Of a DNA stretch of 64,000 bases, positions 1 to 11,307 are shown one piece after another; position 1 is the stretch's first letter; every line of letters starts with the position of its first letter. Made by a program: the position numbers and the translations under genes. The stretch covers positions 124,001 to 188,000 of the forward strand of contig OY253670.1 of assembly GCA_958009085.1 (NCBI GenBank), written 5' to 3'. The stretch is from Protoeuglena noctilucae. Its lineage: Eukaryota. The notes under the pieces are model-generated. The model was not told the DNA's origin, did not search any database, and was given only the letters and a program-made list of their open reading frames with translations.

Positions 1-2026
1 GGCCCACGGCGCTGGGACCGGGCTCAGGGATGGGCTCGAAGACAGTCGGATGCTGCGGGCGGGCGGGACAACTCATGGTTGGTGAAATGCGACATGCGAC
101 ACTTTATGGTTGGACAATTGATGGGTCATCGGACGCAAGAGACGAGCCAAGCAGTTGCTACCAGACGCCATCTGCGCGCTGGCACCCTACCAAGCGCCAA
201 ACGCCCCACTTGCCCTGCAACACGCGCCGCTACCACCGACGCCACCCCCCCAGCAGACCCCGCCTCACCTGCAGCCGCGACTGCCCCACCGCGCCCCTCC
301 GAGGCGAGTCCGCCGTTGATTCTTCCCGAGCAAAGCTGCCCCGGAAGTCACCCCGCCCGCTCCACACCATCGTGCTCTCCCCGCTGCCACGCCCCACGCT
401 CCCACTGCGGACGTCCCCCCTCCGCTCTGTCCCGTAACCCCCGCGCCCCTCCGCCCCCACCCCGTAACTCCCCGACTCCCTCTCCCGGCCCTGCGCCCGT
501 GCAGACGACCCCTGGGGCCCCGAGGGACTCTCCGCCAAGTCACCATTCGCGACCCGTCCCCGCGCCCCACTGCCCGCCTCCCCCGCCGTCCGGTCCACGG
601 GCCGGTCCGCCGCTCGCGCCGCGCTGGGGCCCGCCGGCTGCTGCGGGGCGCGCCCTGGCGTGGCGCCGTTGGCCTGGGCCTCGGCCCGGGAAGGGGACGG
701 CTGTAGGAGTGACGACCGCCCCTCCCTCGCAGCCGCCTGCAGGGACGCACATGCATACAGTGAGTAGTACTCACTGTCATGCACCTCACGATATACACCC
801 TCCGCGCATTCCACGGCGCCATCGACAACCCCACCACACTCGCGCTATGCATGCCCGCTCGCCTTGTCGGCCGCCTGCCGCGAGAAGGCCGGCGCTGCCC
901 CGGACAGCTCCAGTCGCCGCCTGCGGATGAGCTCCTCGAAGAAATCGTCCAGCGGGTGCTGGCTCTGGGACGCCCCTGTGGTCTCTTGCGTGAAGAGGGG
1001 GTCGCCATCCCCGTCCTCGGTCTCGGTCCATCCGGGGGGCATCGGGGCCACGCGGGCGAACTTGGCCACCTCTAACACGTACGGATCTGAAAAGCCACAA
1101 ACGGGGCGAGGTGTCTTCCGAGTTGGTTGAGGCCACCCCTGCATGCATGCCACCCCGCGTGCCGCGTCAGCCCAAATGCGCCCCTCGCCTTCGCCTGGGT
1201 CCAATTCCAGGTAGTCGTACATGGCGGCTAACTCATCGGGAACCGGCGCCGATCGTTGCAGCTCCTTCTGAGGATAGGCAAGGCAGCGATGGAAGAGGTC
1301 GCGTATAGCAGCGACCGATGCGGCTTCCCGGGTGAGCTTTGCAGAGCTTTGGGAGGTTTGCATGGTTACAAAACTCGCCTTGACCTGATCCCAGCCGTCA
1401 CGCTCCATGTAGAGCGCCATGCGATAGAAGGGCATGTTGGGATGCTCCCACACGGACTTTCCCGTGCCCGCTTTGGCGTAGAAGTGCCGGCCCGAGTCGG
1501 CGTGGAGGTACATGGACCACCCCGGGGGAAGCGTGGCCTCGTTTGCCATGTCCCGGGCGATCCACAGCAGATCCGCGTCGGCATCCTGCGCGGAGGGGGG
1601 CACGCAAGCGGGTCGCACGTGCCGGGTTCGCAGCGCGTGCGGGGAAGCCAGGGAAGCAACGCCTGACTCCTCCGGCTCCTTCGCAAAACTATAATGCATG
1701 CAATGGCGCCAGCAGCGGAGTGAAACATGCCGGTGCCGGTGCCCCGCGCGGGGACAAAGACAGCATGAGGCCTGCCACCGCGGAGCAGCGTCGAGGAGGA
1801 GGCGGAGCAGCTCCTGGCAGTCAGGTCAACAAAAGCGGTATACATGGACATTGCTCGCACAGCCATTCGCCCGAAAGGTGCGCGCGCCGGGCCAAAGCGT
1901 GGTGTTGTTGCGAGCAGTGCGAGGGCAGCGGGACACGACTCGCGTGGGACCGCGGGCGCAAGCCGCAGTCACCGGGTCGATGCCGAGCTCCTTGCACGTC
2001 GCCTCGACAGCCGGGGGTAGCGACAT
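1..2026 (-). CDS. Tandem WW-domain protein with CEP164-N-terminus-like repeats; multi-exon, 3' end runs off the window
   Basis: Spliced MSLPPAVEATCKELGIDP|DADADLLWIARD..LPPGWSMY..YAKAGTGKSVWEHP, then a second unit YLELDPGE|DPYVLEVAKFARVAPMPPGW..SQSQHPLD. The LGID..LLWIA..LPxxW pattern recalls the CEP164 N-terminus. GC-AG introns near 1187 and 862. Confidence 0.7.
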
Positions 2027-2608
2027 AGTCGCGGAGGGGACGCGCGGCAGAGCGCCGCAGGTGGGGCGTGAGCCAGGGGGACCGCCGGGCCCGTGGCCCG
2101 TGCGCCTATGTCCAAAACTCTTCTGAAAGCGCTTTGTCTACGTCAAAAGCTTCATCCCGTGAGCCAGGCCTCGCACGCTCTTGCTGCGCATGCAGCAGGC
2201 AGTGAGAGCTCTTAGGGAGCCTGAGACCTAGCAGTGGGGCCAGCGAAATCTCAAGGCTGGCAATGACTTTCGTTGATCAGCAGACTGTCCATGCGAGAAG
2301 ACATGCCGCAAGCAGACCAGGGCAAATCACCTGCAGTCAGGCAGGCAGTTTATCCGACACACCATCTTGCCAATTCGCCAACAGTGTGCAATATACGGGC
2401 GAGCTTTGTCGCTGGACGGTCTTCTGCTCGTCGTTCAGGAGGCGCGAGATGCCCTCCATGTGTTGACCCTCCCTCGCCGCCCTTGCGAGCGAGCGTCCCC
2501 GTCTCTTCCACGCTGCGACATGCTTGACGCGTGCAAATAGGGTTTTGGTGGCCGCAAGGCAGTGTCACGCCTTGAAGGACACAGTGGCTGGGCCGGGTGA
2601 AGTCGGGA

Positions 2609-3423
2609 ATGGGAGGATGGCCTGCGTCGCTCTCCAACATCTTTGGTGCGTGCAACAGGTCCTACCTGGCTGTCCAGCGCGCCGTAATTCGCGCACCAGC
2701 GCCTCTGGGCCTTCGCCACAAAGGCGTTTGTCTCGCTGCAGGGACACGGCGCCAGGGGGGTCGGGGAGATGCCCGGACGAGTGTGGAGGGGGAACTTGTG
2801 CCGTCAGATGTAGAGCTGGCCATCACAGGTGCGGGAGGGAGGCAGCGGCTCTGTGCTTCTTGTGCATGCAACCGCCGCCCACCCGCGTGGATAGCTGACT
2901 TGATGGAACCTGCAACAAATTTGACTTCGATTGCTTGTCCAATTGCTGCTAACAAGTCAGCAGTTTAGCTCCCCGAGCGCCTGCACTCGGCTTACGTCGC
3001 CCGCCACACTTCACCTCGATTTTGCGGGCCCCCGCGGCCAAACGCCGTTTCATCCGTGTCGTGCGCAGGAGATGTGACGCTGATGCCCCATCGCAAGGGC
3101 ATCAAGCCGAAATCGGTGTTGCGCAGGGGGCGGACGGGAGCGAAGAAGGGCGTGTCGTGGGTGGACGAGAAAGGGCAGGCTCTCGCGGTTGTCCACGAAT
3201 ATAACGTGAGTAATGCCATTCGGAACATGTCAGCCGGGGGCTGGGGGAGGCCGTTCTGCGCCCTCTCCGAAAACGTGCCTTGCTCCACGTCCCGCCCCGC
3301 CCCGCCTTCCCACGCTTGGCCGGTCTTTTCCACCCGCAGCAACAACCCCCCGGGCCGTCCGTGATCGAGGGCGGCGAAGAGCGCGCGAGGAGGTGGTCCT
3401 GTAGCCTCTGCTGCTTTCTCTGA
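2609..3423 (+). CDS. Small protein with RVxF-like PP1-docking motif, N-terminal MG and C-terminal CCFL (4 exons)
   Basis: GT-AG splicing gives MGGWPASLSNIFG-TRRQGG..ELAITG-DVTLMPHRKGIKPKSVLRRGRTGAKKGVSWVDEKGQALAVVHEYN-QQPPG..RWSCSLCCFL, ending TGA at 3421-3423. Confidence 0.65.
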
Positions 3424-3734
3424 GGCGCAGAGCCTGCTTCTGGTCGCCCATGGTCGGTGTGGCCGCTCTGCCTCCGTCCCCCTTCCCTACCCTGACCCGG
3501 CCCACGATTCCTTTCATGTGGCCAGCGCCCTAGCCCTAGCCCTATTCCCGCGCCGCTCACTTCCTCTCCCACGGAGGGGTGCTGGCTCCCCGCCAGCGCC
3601 CTCTGCAGTAGTGAGGCACCTTGACCCCACACGTACGACCAGGATTCAAATCACTGCAGCGCCAAGTGCACATGTAAGAGTATCTACAAATCTTTAGAAA
3701 AGCGCCCGCAAACTCTGCCACTCTGCCCTTTGAT

Positions 3735-6523
3735 TCAACCACCCGCATGCTTGCTCCCGTCCGCATCGCCTTTGTCGCCCACGTCCCCTGCTCCCTGTCC
3801 TTTCCCGCCCTTGGCCCTCTCCAACTCCGCCAGCTCCGACTCCTCCCTCGCCTGCTCCTCCATCGCCCGCCGCTTGGCAGCACGCGCCTGCAAAGTGGGA
3901 CGCATCAACATAGGCGTGTACGCTACACACGCTCTAGAAGCATGCATGCCTGCTCCATCAGCATGCACGCCTGTGTCAAGCACGCCGGCAATCATGGCAT
4001 ATGTCTATGAGCATCCTCAGCTCGACATCTCCTCACCTCCCTCTTCTTGATGATTTCTGGCGACAGCTGGGGTGCGGGGTACTCCCTCCCGCACGCCGCG
4101 ATCCTCCTCTCCATCTCCCTGGCCATCTCCGTCAACTCCCCCACGTCCTGCACCTTGGACAGTGTGTGCTGCAGGTCCATGTGCTCCTGCAAGGGCAAGC
4201 GGTGAAGGCGGGGTCACCACGGCGCACACAACAGCGTGCGTCTCTCATCGGTGAGACCGGCCGCATGCCAACATGGCTGGGACGCACAGAACCTTGTGCA
4301 TTATAAATAAACTGTGCAAAGAAGAACAGACAGCAGCCGCAGACGCAAATGGCATGCCAAGCATGGCGATAGTGCAGCCACCAGCATCCCCCACCGCTGT
4401 GGCTCGTCACCTGCAGCCACTCCCCCAGGAGCCTGTGCGTGTGCGCCTTGATCATCCTCTTGGGCGTGGGATACTTGCGCACCTCCTCCAAATACTCCGC
4501 CAGCATGCGGGGGCCCTCAACCGCCGTCCGTGCCGTCTCCTGCGATGGGACAGAACAGGCCAAGTGCCAGTGGGGGTGCTAGCCGGCCAAGTAGGCAGCG
4601 TTGGATGCGCAGCGGGAAGCAGCGGGTGCAAATGGCACTGTGAGAGTGTCATCGCGCACACCAGTAACACAAGAGAGCAGCCCCTCTCTCACCGGCTGCC
4701 CCGCGCGCCGTGCAAAGAGCTTCGGGTCTTCCAGCAGCTGCTCGGCACTCATCACGCCCTCGACGCCCGTGTATTCGATGCACTGCGATTGGGAGAGTCG
4801 CGAAGTGTCAATCGACGGGCGCCGAAGCTGCGACCTGGTGCCAGGTGCCATGGGGGACAAGGCGCCATTATTCACAAGCAAAACATGCCGGTATGTCGCC
4901 TCGCCTTTACGGCGTCCTCGTAGCTCCGGACATTGCCGTTGGCCAGGACGGGGACCGTGAGTGCTTCCCTGACAGCCCGGATCTGGTCCCAATCGGCAGG
5001 GTACGTCCCCGTCTGCTTCTGCTCTCGAGTCCTGGACAGGCCGGGCAGAGTGGTGCAGGCGGTGAGGCCCCCGCAGACACCCAGAGCGGTTGTGACCGAA
5101 GTTTTCACCCACCGCTTGCCGCTTGCGTGTGGCAGGCAGCCTCGGCGTGTGGGAGGGACACTGCTCGTGTGCAGCACGCCCTCACCTGCCGTGCACGCAC
5201 ACCAGGGAAGCCCCCGCGGCCTCCAGTCGCCGTGCGTATCGGATGGTGTCGGCCACGTCGGGGAAGACTCGGATCTTGACGCTGATGGGGACGCGCAGCT
5301 CAGAGACGGCGTGGCGGACAATGCGCTGCGGAGATGGGGGGGGCGGATGACAAAAAACGTTGAGTCCAGCCAGGGGCGGCTGCATCTACCACCACTGGTC
5401 TGACCGAGACGAACCGACTGTCGCAGGCAGGGAATATTGACGTTGCGGCTGTGACAAGAGGCAGCTGGGGAGCAGCGCACCTCGATCAAGGGGACGTCGT
5501 CCATCAGGAACGCCCCGTAGTTGCCCCTCTTGGCGATGCGTTGGGGGCAGCCCAGGTTGATGTCGACATAATCGCACTGCAAGGACAGCGGCAGGACAGC
5601 CTCGCTGGAACTCGCAGTCGCTGCATCTTGTCCTGCACCGTTTTCTTCCATACCAGCCGCGCAGTCGACCCGTGGAGACCAGAGCCTTTATCAACGCCAC
5701 ACCCCTGCGGTCGATGCATCACCTGGTCCTGCACGAACGAAGCCGCCTGCACAAAGTCAGCGGGGTCGTTGGTGCAGAACTGCACGAACAGCGGCCGGTC
5801 TTCGGGGCACGTCGTGAACATTTCCTTGCGATAACTGTCCTTTCCCGCAAACAGCCGGCTGTGAAGCATCGGGGTGTAGGCCGCCTCGGCTCCGTACTTG
5901 CGGCAGAGCGCACGGAAGGCCAGCTCGCTTTGGTCCACCATTGGAGCCACGACGAAGCGGGGACGGCCGAGCTTGCGCCTGGGACCAGAGCACACGAGAG
6001 CAGCTATGGAGTGTCCCCGGTTCGACAAGCGGTGGTGCACGCGACGGAGCGTTGAGCAGCGCAGAGCGGGTCAGCCGCGCACCAGTGCTCCCACGCCGCC
6101 TCCCGTTGCGGAGGGCTGGCCCGCTCCGCCACCAGGGCCGCCACCTCGGGGCCGTAAACCTCGCCCAAGGGTCGCGGCTCTGCTGCCCACTTGGCGTTCC
6201 AGTCCACGCACTCCGCCTGGGCCGCATAGACGTGCTCGCCGCCCGCCGTTCGCCGCTTCGACCCGGTGAGCCCGACGGCCGGCACCGCGGCGGCGCCTGC
6301 GTGCGGATACGCGTGCCTCACCAACAGCAGCCGTCGCTCGTTTCGGAGCAAGAGATCGCAGGAACCGGCGCGACGTATTCGTTTCTGTGCAAACACTCAC
6401 CCTGCGAGACCAGGGCCTCTTTGACCTCGTGCGTGGGACGCAGCCGCTTGTTCTGCTGCGCAAAACGGCACTCTTTTCCTCGTCACGGAAAAGCCCTTTC
6501 CAGCCGCGAGAGCCAAATGCCAT
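3735..6523 (-). CDS. DUS1: tRNA-dihydrouridine synthase (DUS1-like); start codon uncertain
   Basis: Exons encode [105 protein letters not shown]. Confidence 0.93.
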
Positions 6524-7066
6524 GACACAGCACGGTTGCCTCGTTCACGAGGCAATGCAGGATGCGGCACTAAAGCGGCGCACGCGGCACCTGGCTGCCT
6601 TCAGAGGTGCCGGCGGGCCCCTCGTTCCCCTCCGGGGCCGGCCGCCCAGGGGGAATATCCACCACCATCACAATAAAGGGCGCGACGTTCGAAGGTCGCG
6701 CAGGGACAGCTGACAGGAAACGTGCGATGGACCGGCCGGCCACGGCCATCAAGGAGCGGTGTGATGCGCTGCGCAGCGATGGACGGCGCTACTTTCGCGG
6801 TGATAGTGAAGCAGAGTCATCTGTCGGACCCCTTGCGGTCCTCGGGCCCTGAGACACGCATGGGCCAGCATCTGACATGTTGACGCGTAGGGACGCGGGG
6901 GCCCTTGCCCCTGAAAGCCGCGCCGTTGCCACGAACGCAACAACATCTGACTTGACTTGCAGCGGCGAGGCTGGAATCTTAACCGTCGAGGGCTCACACA
7001 GCCAATTTGAGGGGCAACTCTCGGGAACTATCGTCGCGGACTCAGTGATATACGCTGCGGGCTCGC

Positions 7067-8774
7067 ATGTCGACGGCAACCGTGACTCGTAACGGGCACG
7101 ACGAGGGCGCGGCCGGGAGCCCCTCGACGAGTCGGCACTCGGGTCTGGCCCGGCGACTTGTGCCCATCGCGGCGGTGGGCGTGCTTGGCGCGGCTGCGTT
7201 CTTCACCACGGTTGGGGCCATCGCGACGCTGTACAATGGCTGCGACCAGACCCAGACCATTGGATGGGCCTCCTACCACTCCTACACCGACTTTTTACGC
7301 GCACGCGCCACGGCCGGGCAGGATGCCTCCGTGGCGCAGCAAGTGGACTTCTGCTTGAAGTGGGGGATTGCCAACAACCCTTTCGTCGACATCGCGACGT
7401 GCAACACGGTGCTGCAGAACCCCTCCTTGACGTTTTTTGGGACGAAGGTGTGTGGCAGGGCGCCCTTCGCATGCAGTGTCCAGCGCCGCTGTGTGCGCCC
7501 TGCGATGTCACCCCGCGACGCCGCCCGCAGTGGGAGCACGACGTGCACCGATACTTCGACTGCGAGCACGCGTGGCGCCCTACCCTGATGCACATCCTCA
7601 CTTCCGGCGTCATGATCATCGCCTTCGTCCTTACCGCCTCCCTGGACGGCTTGGAGGTGCGGGGCTGCTTGTAAAGGCATGCTATGCGCAAGCGACACTC
7701 ATGGCCGTCACCGTGGGCCCCAACAATTGCATGGCGGTAATTGCGCCATTGTGGCCACAGACGATCCCTGCTTGTAGCACCGCTTCAGCTGTGTGACCCT
7801 CGGCGGCTTCCTAGGCCCTCCCACTGCAGCATTCGCGGCTCCGTGGAAGCCCCCACAGGATCGCGGTGTCGCCATCGCGCTGGCTTGCCTCCTGACCGCC
7901 ACGGCCGTCTACACGACCGCATCTGCGATCGACTGGGACTTCACCGCTGGCAAGAACCCCGTGCCGCAGCCCTACTGGGGCTGGCAGGACGTCAACAGCT
8001 TCTGGCAGGCGATCGACCCGTCCACGTACTTCCCGGTCGGGAGCAACCCCGCGCTGCGGACGGGGAACGAGGAGGCGTATTGGAACGGCACGAGCGACGT
8101 GTTCACGGGGCAGAACGACGCGCTGCAGAGGATCCCTGTCACGGAGACGAGCGAGGTGGTCGAGAACCTGTGGGTGCGGGACGTCGAGGGGCAGACGGGC
8201 AGCGCGGCCAAGATGTGGGTGCCGAGGGTGAGCTGGGGGGGTGTATGGGTTTCGTGAGAGCGTTTGGGTGGCAAAGTGGGTGCCGAGGGTGAGGGTGGGT
8301 GGGTGTATGGGTGTCGTCAGAGTTTGGGTCGCAAAGTGGGTGCCGAGGGTGACTGTGGTCCCAATGCACTCTGCCCCAGCTGCAAGCTTGTGTGGTTGAG
8401 GTCACCGTGTGAGTGAGGTCACCGTACCACCCGGCGTCGCAGGTCGCGTCGATGTGGAACATGGGGATGTTCGAGGACTACAAGGGGGACCAGACGCCCT
8501 GGGCGCGGTCGGCGATCACCGTCTTCGCGGGCCTGGTGGCTCTGACCATCATTCAGGCGAGGGGCTGTTTCAAGCTCTGACGTCCCGACAGCAGGGTCGC
8601 CACATCCTCCCACCTCTGTGCACCCGCCAGGCATATGATGTTCCTGACTGGTTTATCTTTAATGTCCGTTTGCTCTCTCTCCCGCAGTACGCCGCGGCTG
8701 TCCTCGCTGCCATCTGGGCCTCGTTCATATCCCCTAAAGAGAAGCACCGCACGCACCCCTCCCTGCCCACCTAA
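7067..8774 (+). CDS. Putative four-transmembrane protein with two large loops (5 exons)
   Basis: Exons approx. 7067-7448, 7531-7656, 7859-8227, 8443-8556 and 8688-8774 splice in frame. Hydrophobic segments: VPIAAVGVLGAAAFFTTVGAIATL, LMHILTSGVMIIAFVLTASL, VAIALACLLTATAVYT, AITVFAGLVALTIIQYAAAVLAAIW. Confidence 0.7.
8215..8352 (+). repeat. G-rich tandem repeat, 60-61 nt unit, about 2.3 copies, spanning an exon/intron junction
   Basis: GTGGGTGCCGAGGGTGA starts at 8215, 8276 and 8336, with similar spacers (GGGTGTATGGGT..GTTTGGGT.GCAAA). Confidence 0.9.
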
Positions 8775-9011
8775 GCGAGACTTGCCTTCTCATACTCTGC
8801 TAACCCACTTCTCTTCACCCACCCCTTTGGTAATTGATTTCTGTGTTCAGCTCCCACTCTGCCCCGACAGGCGCTCCGCTTCGCTGGACGTCGCGCATGT
8901 GCTCTGTGACCCGCGATTCCTCTCCATAGCTGCGCGCCTCGCTCGCGACCCCTCGCAAACCTCGCTTTCTCTTTCAAGTAGCAAATGCCAAAGGCAGTGG
9001 ACCGCATGCCA

Positions 9012-10849
9012 TCATTCACTGTCCCCATCGCCGTCACCCCCATCGCCCTCCTTGCCCCCCTCCTCCCCCTCGGGAAACACGTCGAAGCGTTCCACAGAGT
9101 ACTTGTTGCGCAGGGGCTCGCAGGGGATCAAGTTGCCCAGGTTGTCCTGCAGGGATGATCGGAAAGGCCAAGAGGTTTCAGCATCACCAGTGACATCACC
9201 CTTGGCCCTATCGACATGCTTGTGACAAAGCATCCCAAGCGCACTACCCTTCACTCTATCCTGTTCATGTTCCATGCTTAGCGTCCACTGCATGTCACTC
9301 GACGCCACAGGCCCACCCAGCTAGGGTCACAGCAACTCGCCTTCCCCAGGAACAGCGCGTATCGGAAGGCGCTTCGGAAGTCGCCGTCCTTGGGAAACGC
9401 CTTGGCCCACGACCCCTGGGGCGCGGCCAGGCCCTCCTCCGCCACGTACACCACGGGCACATCCTCGTTCGGCCAGTCCCTGCATGGGAAGGGGTGGCGG
9501 CAGTGGTGGATCGGGAGAGGAGTCGGGAGAGCGCATACGACAAGGACGCAGGGGAAGGTGACGGTGGATGGGGAGGCGTAACTGGGGACACCCTCAGCCC
9601 CGGTCTATGAGTGGGGCGCGTTTCCACGGTGTCGTTGTGTCATGCGCACTGCCCTTGGTGGCGTGACACCCTCATAGACAAGGAGACATTTTCACCCAAA
9701 ACATCCAACTCCTCACCTGTCGTCCACCAGCACGTGATAGAAGAACTGGTTGGCCCCTGCTTTCAGGCCCCCCTCCTCCTCCTGCTGTGCTGCCCACTCC
9801 TCCCCCTCACAGCACCGCCGGTCCCACCCCACGACGACGCCCCGGTACCCCTTGCGCGCGTGCCACACCCGCTGGCCCAGGCGGAACCGAGGGTCCACCT
9901 CCACGGCCCACTCCGACGCACGCAGAGACGCGGACACGCTCTGCTGCTCCAGCTCCTTGATCGCGTCGCGGAGCTTCGCGGCCTCCGCGTAGTCCTGCGC
10001 GGCAGCGGCGAGGCGAGACTCGAGTCGACGACACGGCTGCGGGGAAGCACATTTGCACGCCGCCCTGCCCCTCGCACCTCGTCGGCGATGGCCTTCTGAA
10101 GGCGCGAGCGCAGTCGCAGGCCCTCCGCGGTGATGTCCACGATCTCCTGCGACTGCCCCGGCGCCGCACCTCCCGCCCCCGGGCCCTTCGTCTGCTGCAG
10201 CTGCTGGTACGCCAAGTCGACCTGCTCCCGACGCCGGCGGATGTCCTGCGCCTCCTCGAACGCATCGTGGTGCAAAGCGCGCTGCAGCATCACGTCCAGC
10301 TCCATTTGAAAGAGCAAGATCTGCGCGACGACGCGGGGCAAAAGCGATCGAGACGGGTGGGAGAGGTGGGTAGCGAGGCGAGGCCAGTAGCAGCGAGCCT
10401 CGCGGCTCTAGGAGCGCCGGCGACGGAGATGTCACTCACTAGGAGCTCCTCTTTCGATATTGCAGAGAAGTCCGACATGATATCACCCGTCTTGCGCTCC
10501 CACGGCACGACGCTGCTCCCCGGCTGGTCGGTGGCCCGAAGCGGGGAACCCCTGCGATGAAAGCGAGGTCCGTGGATTCAGGACGATGTAGGGGCTCAGC
10601 ATCTACGCCGCGCGACGAAAGGGAGCTTCGATCGGGATCGCGCGGCGACGCCAGGCACCAGGCACCAGCCACACAACCAGCACAGCGCTGGCGCCGCCCT
10701 CGCCTGGCGTTTTGGGCGCGATGACCAGTGCGTGCGATTCTCAGTGCGGAAAAGCAGTTTGGGCAAAGAGCTCCGCGCCGGGCCGGCGAGGGCCACGTCG
10801 CCAAGCCCACGCGGCCCAGGGCGGTGCCCGTCAGCTGCGCGCCTCGCAT
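9012..10849 (-). CDS. ClpF: Plastid Clp protease adaptor ClpF-like protein (UVR motifs + YccV/HspQ-like domain)
   Basis: ILLFQMELDVMLQRALHHDAFEEAQDIR; DYAEAAKLRDAIKELE (UVR); RFRLGQRVWHARKGYRGVVVGWD..CCE..W..QFFYHVLVD; VYVAEE. N-terminus is R/S/A-rich like a transit peptide. Confidence 0.85.
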
Positions 10850-11307
10850 GCCTCTGCTTCCCCAGGATAAGCGTTAATGATCTTGCAAACTGCCCAGCTG
10901 CGGGAGGTGTTTAAGGCTCGGAAAGGCGAAGGCTCTGAGGCAGCGGATTGATGCGACCCTGTCCAAACAAGGCGCGGTGGATAGCTGTGGGTCAGCGCTG
11001 CGCCCCAATCATGTGATTCTCTTGGCACACGATGGCATGTAGCATGGACCTCACATGCACGCGACTGGCATGCACGCCTGACTCGCTTGCCTCGCTCTTA
11101 CTCGATTGACAGTGCTGAAGAGACGCAGATGGGTTGGGCGCAATCGTTGCTGTCAGTGCGTATTGCCGGGTGATAGGAATCCTCGACAGCAGCAGTGGAT
11201 TTTGCAGCTCCTTTCCGCAGAAGAAAGAAATAGAAGCGTGGCGAGGAGCCCGCCCAGCGCACCCAAGGCACCTTTCGCGTCGTCAGCAGCGTCATTGTGG
11301 ATCCATC

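Noticed and set aside
845..847. TAG ending the WW ORF, with the same frame open again from 814, as evidence of TAG readthrough
   Set aside because: The TAG lies inside a plausible GC-AG intron (AAG|GCGAGC...CCCTGCAG).
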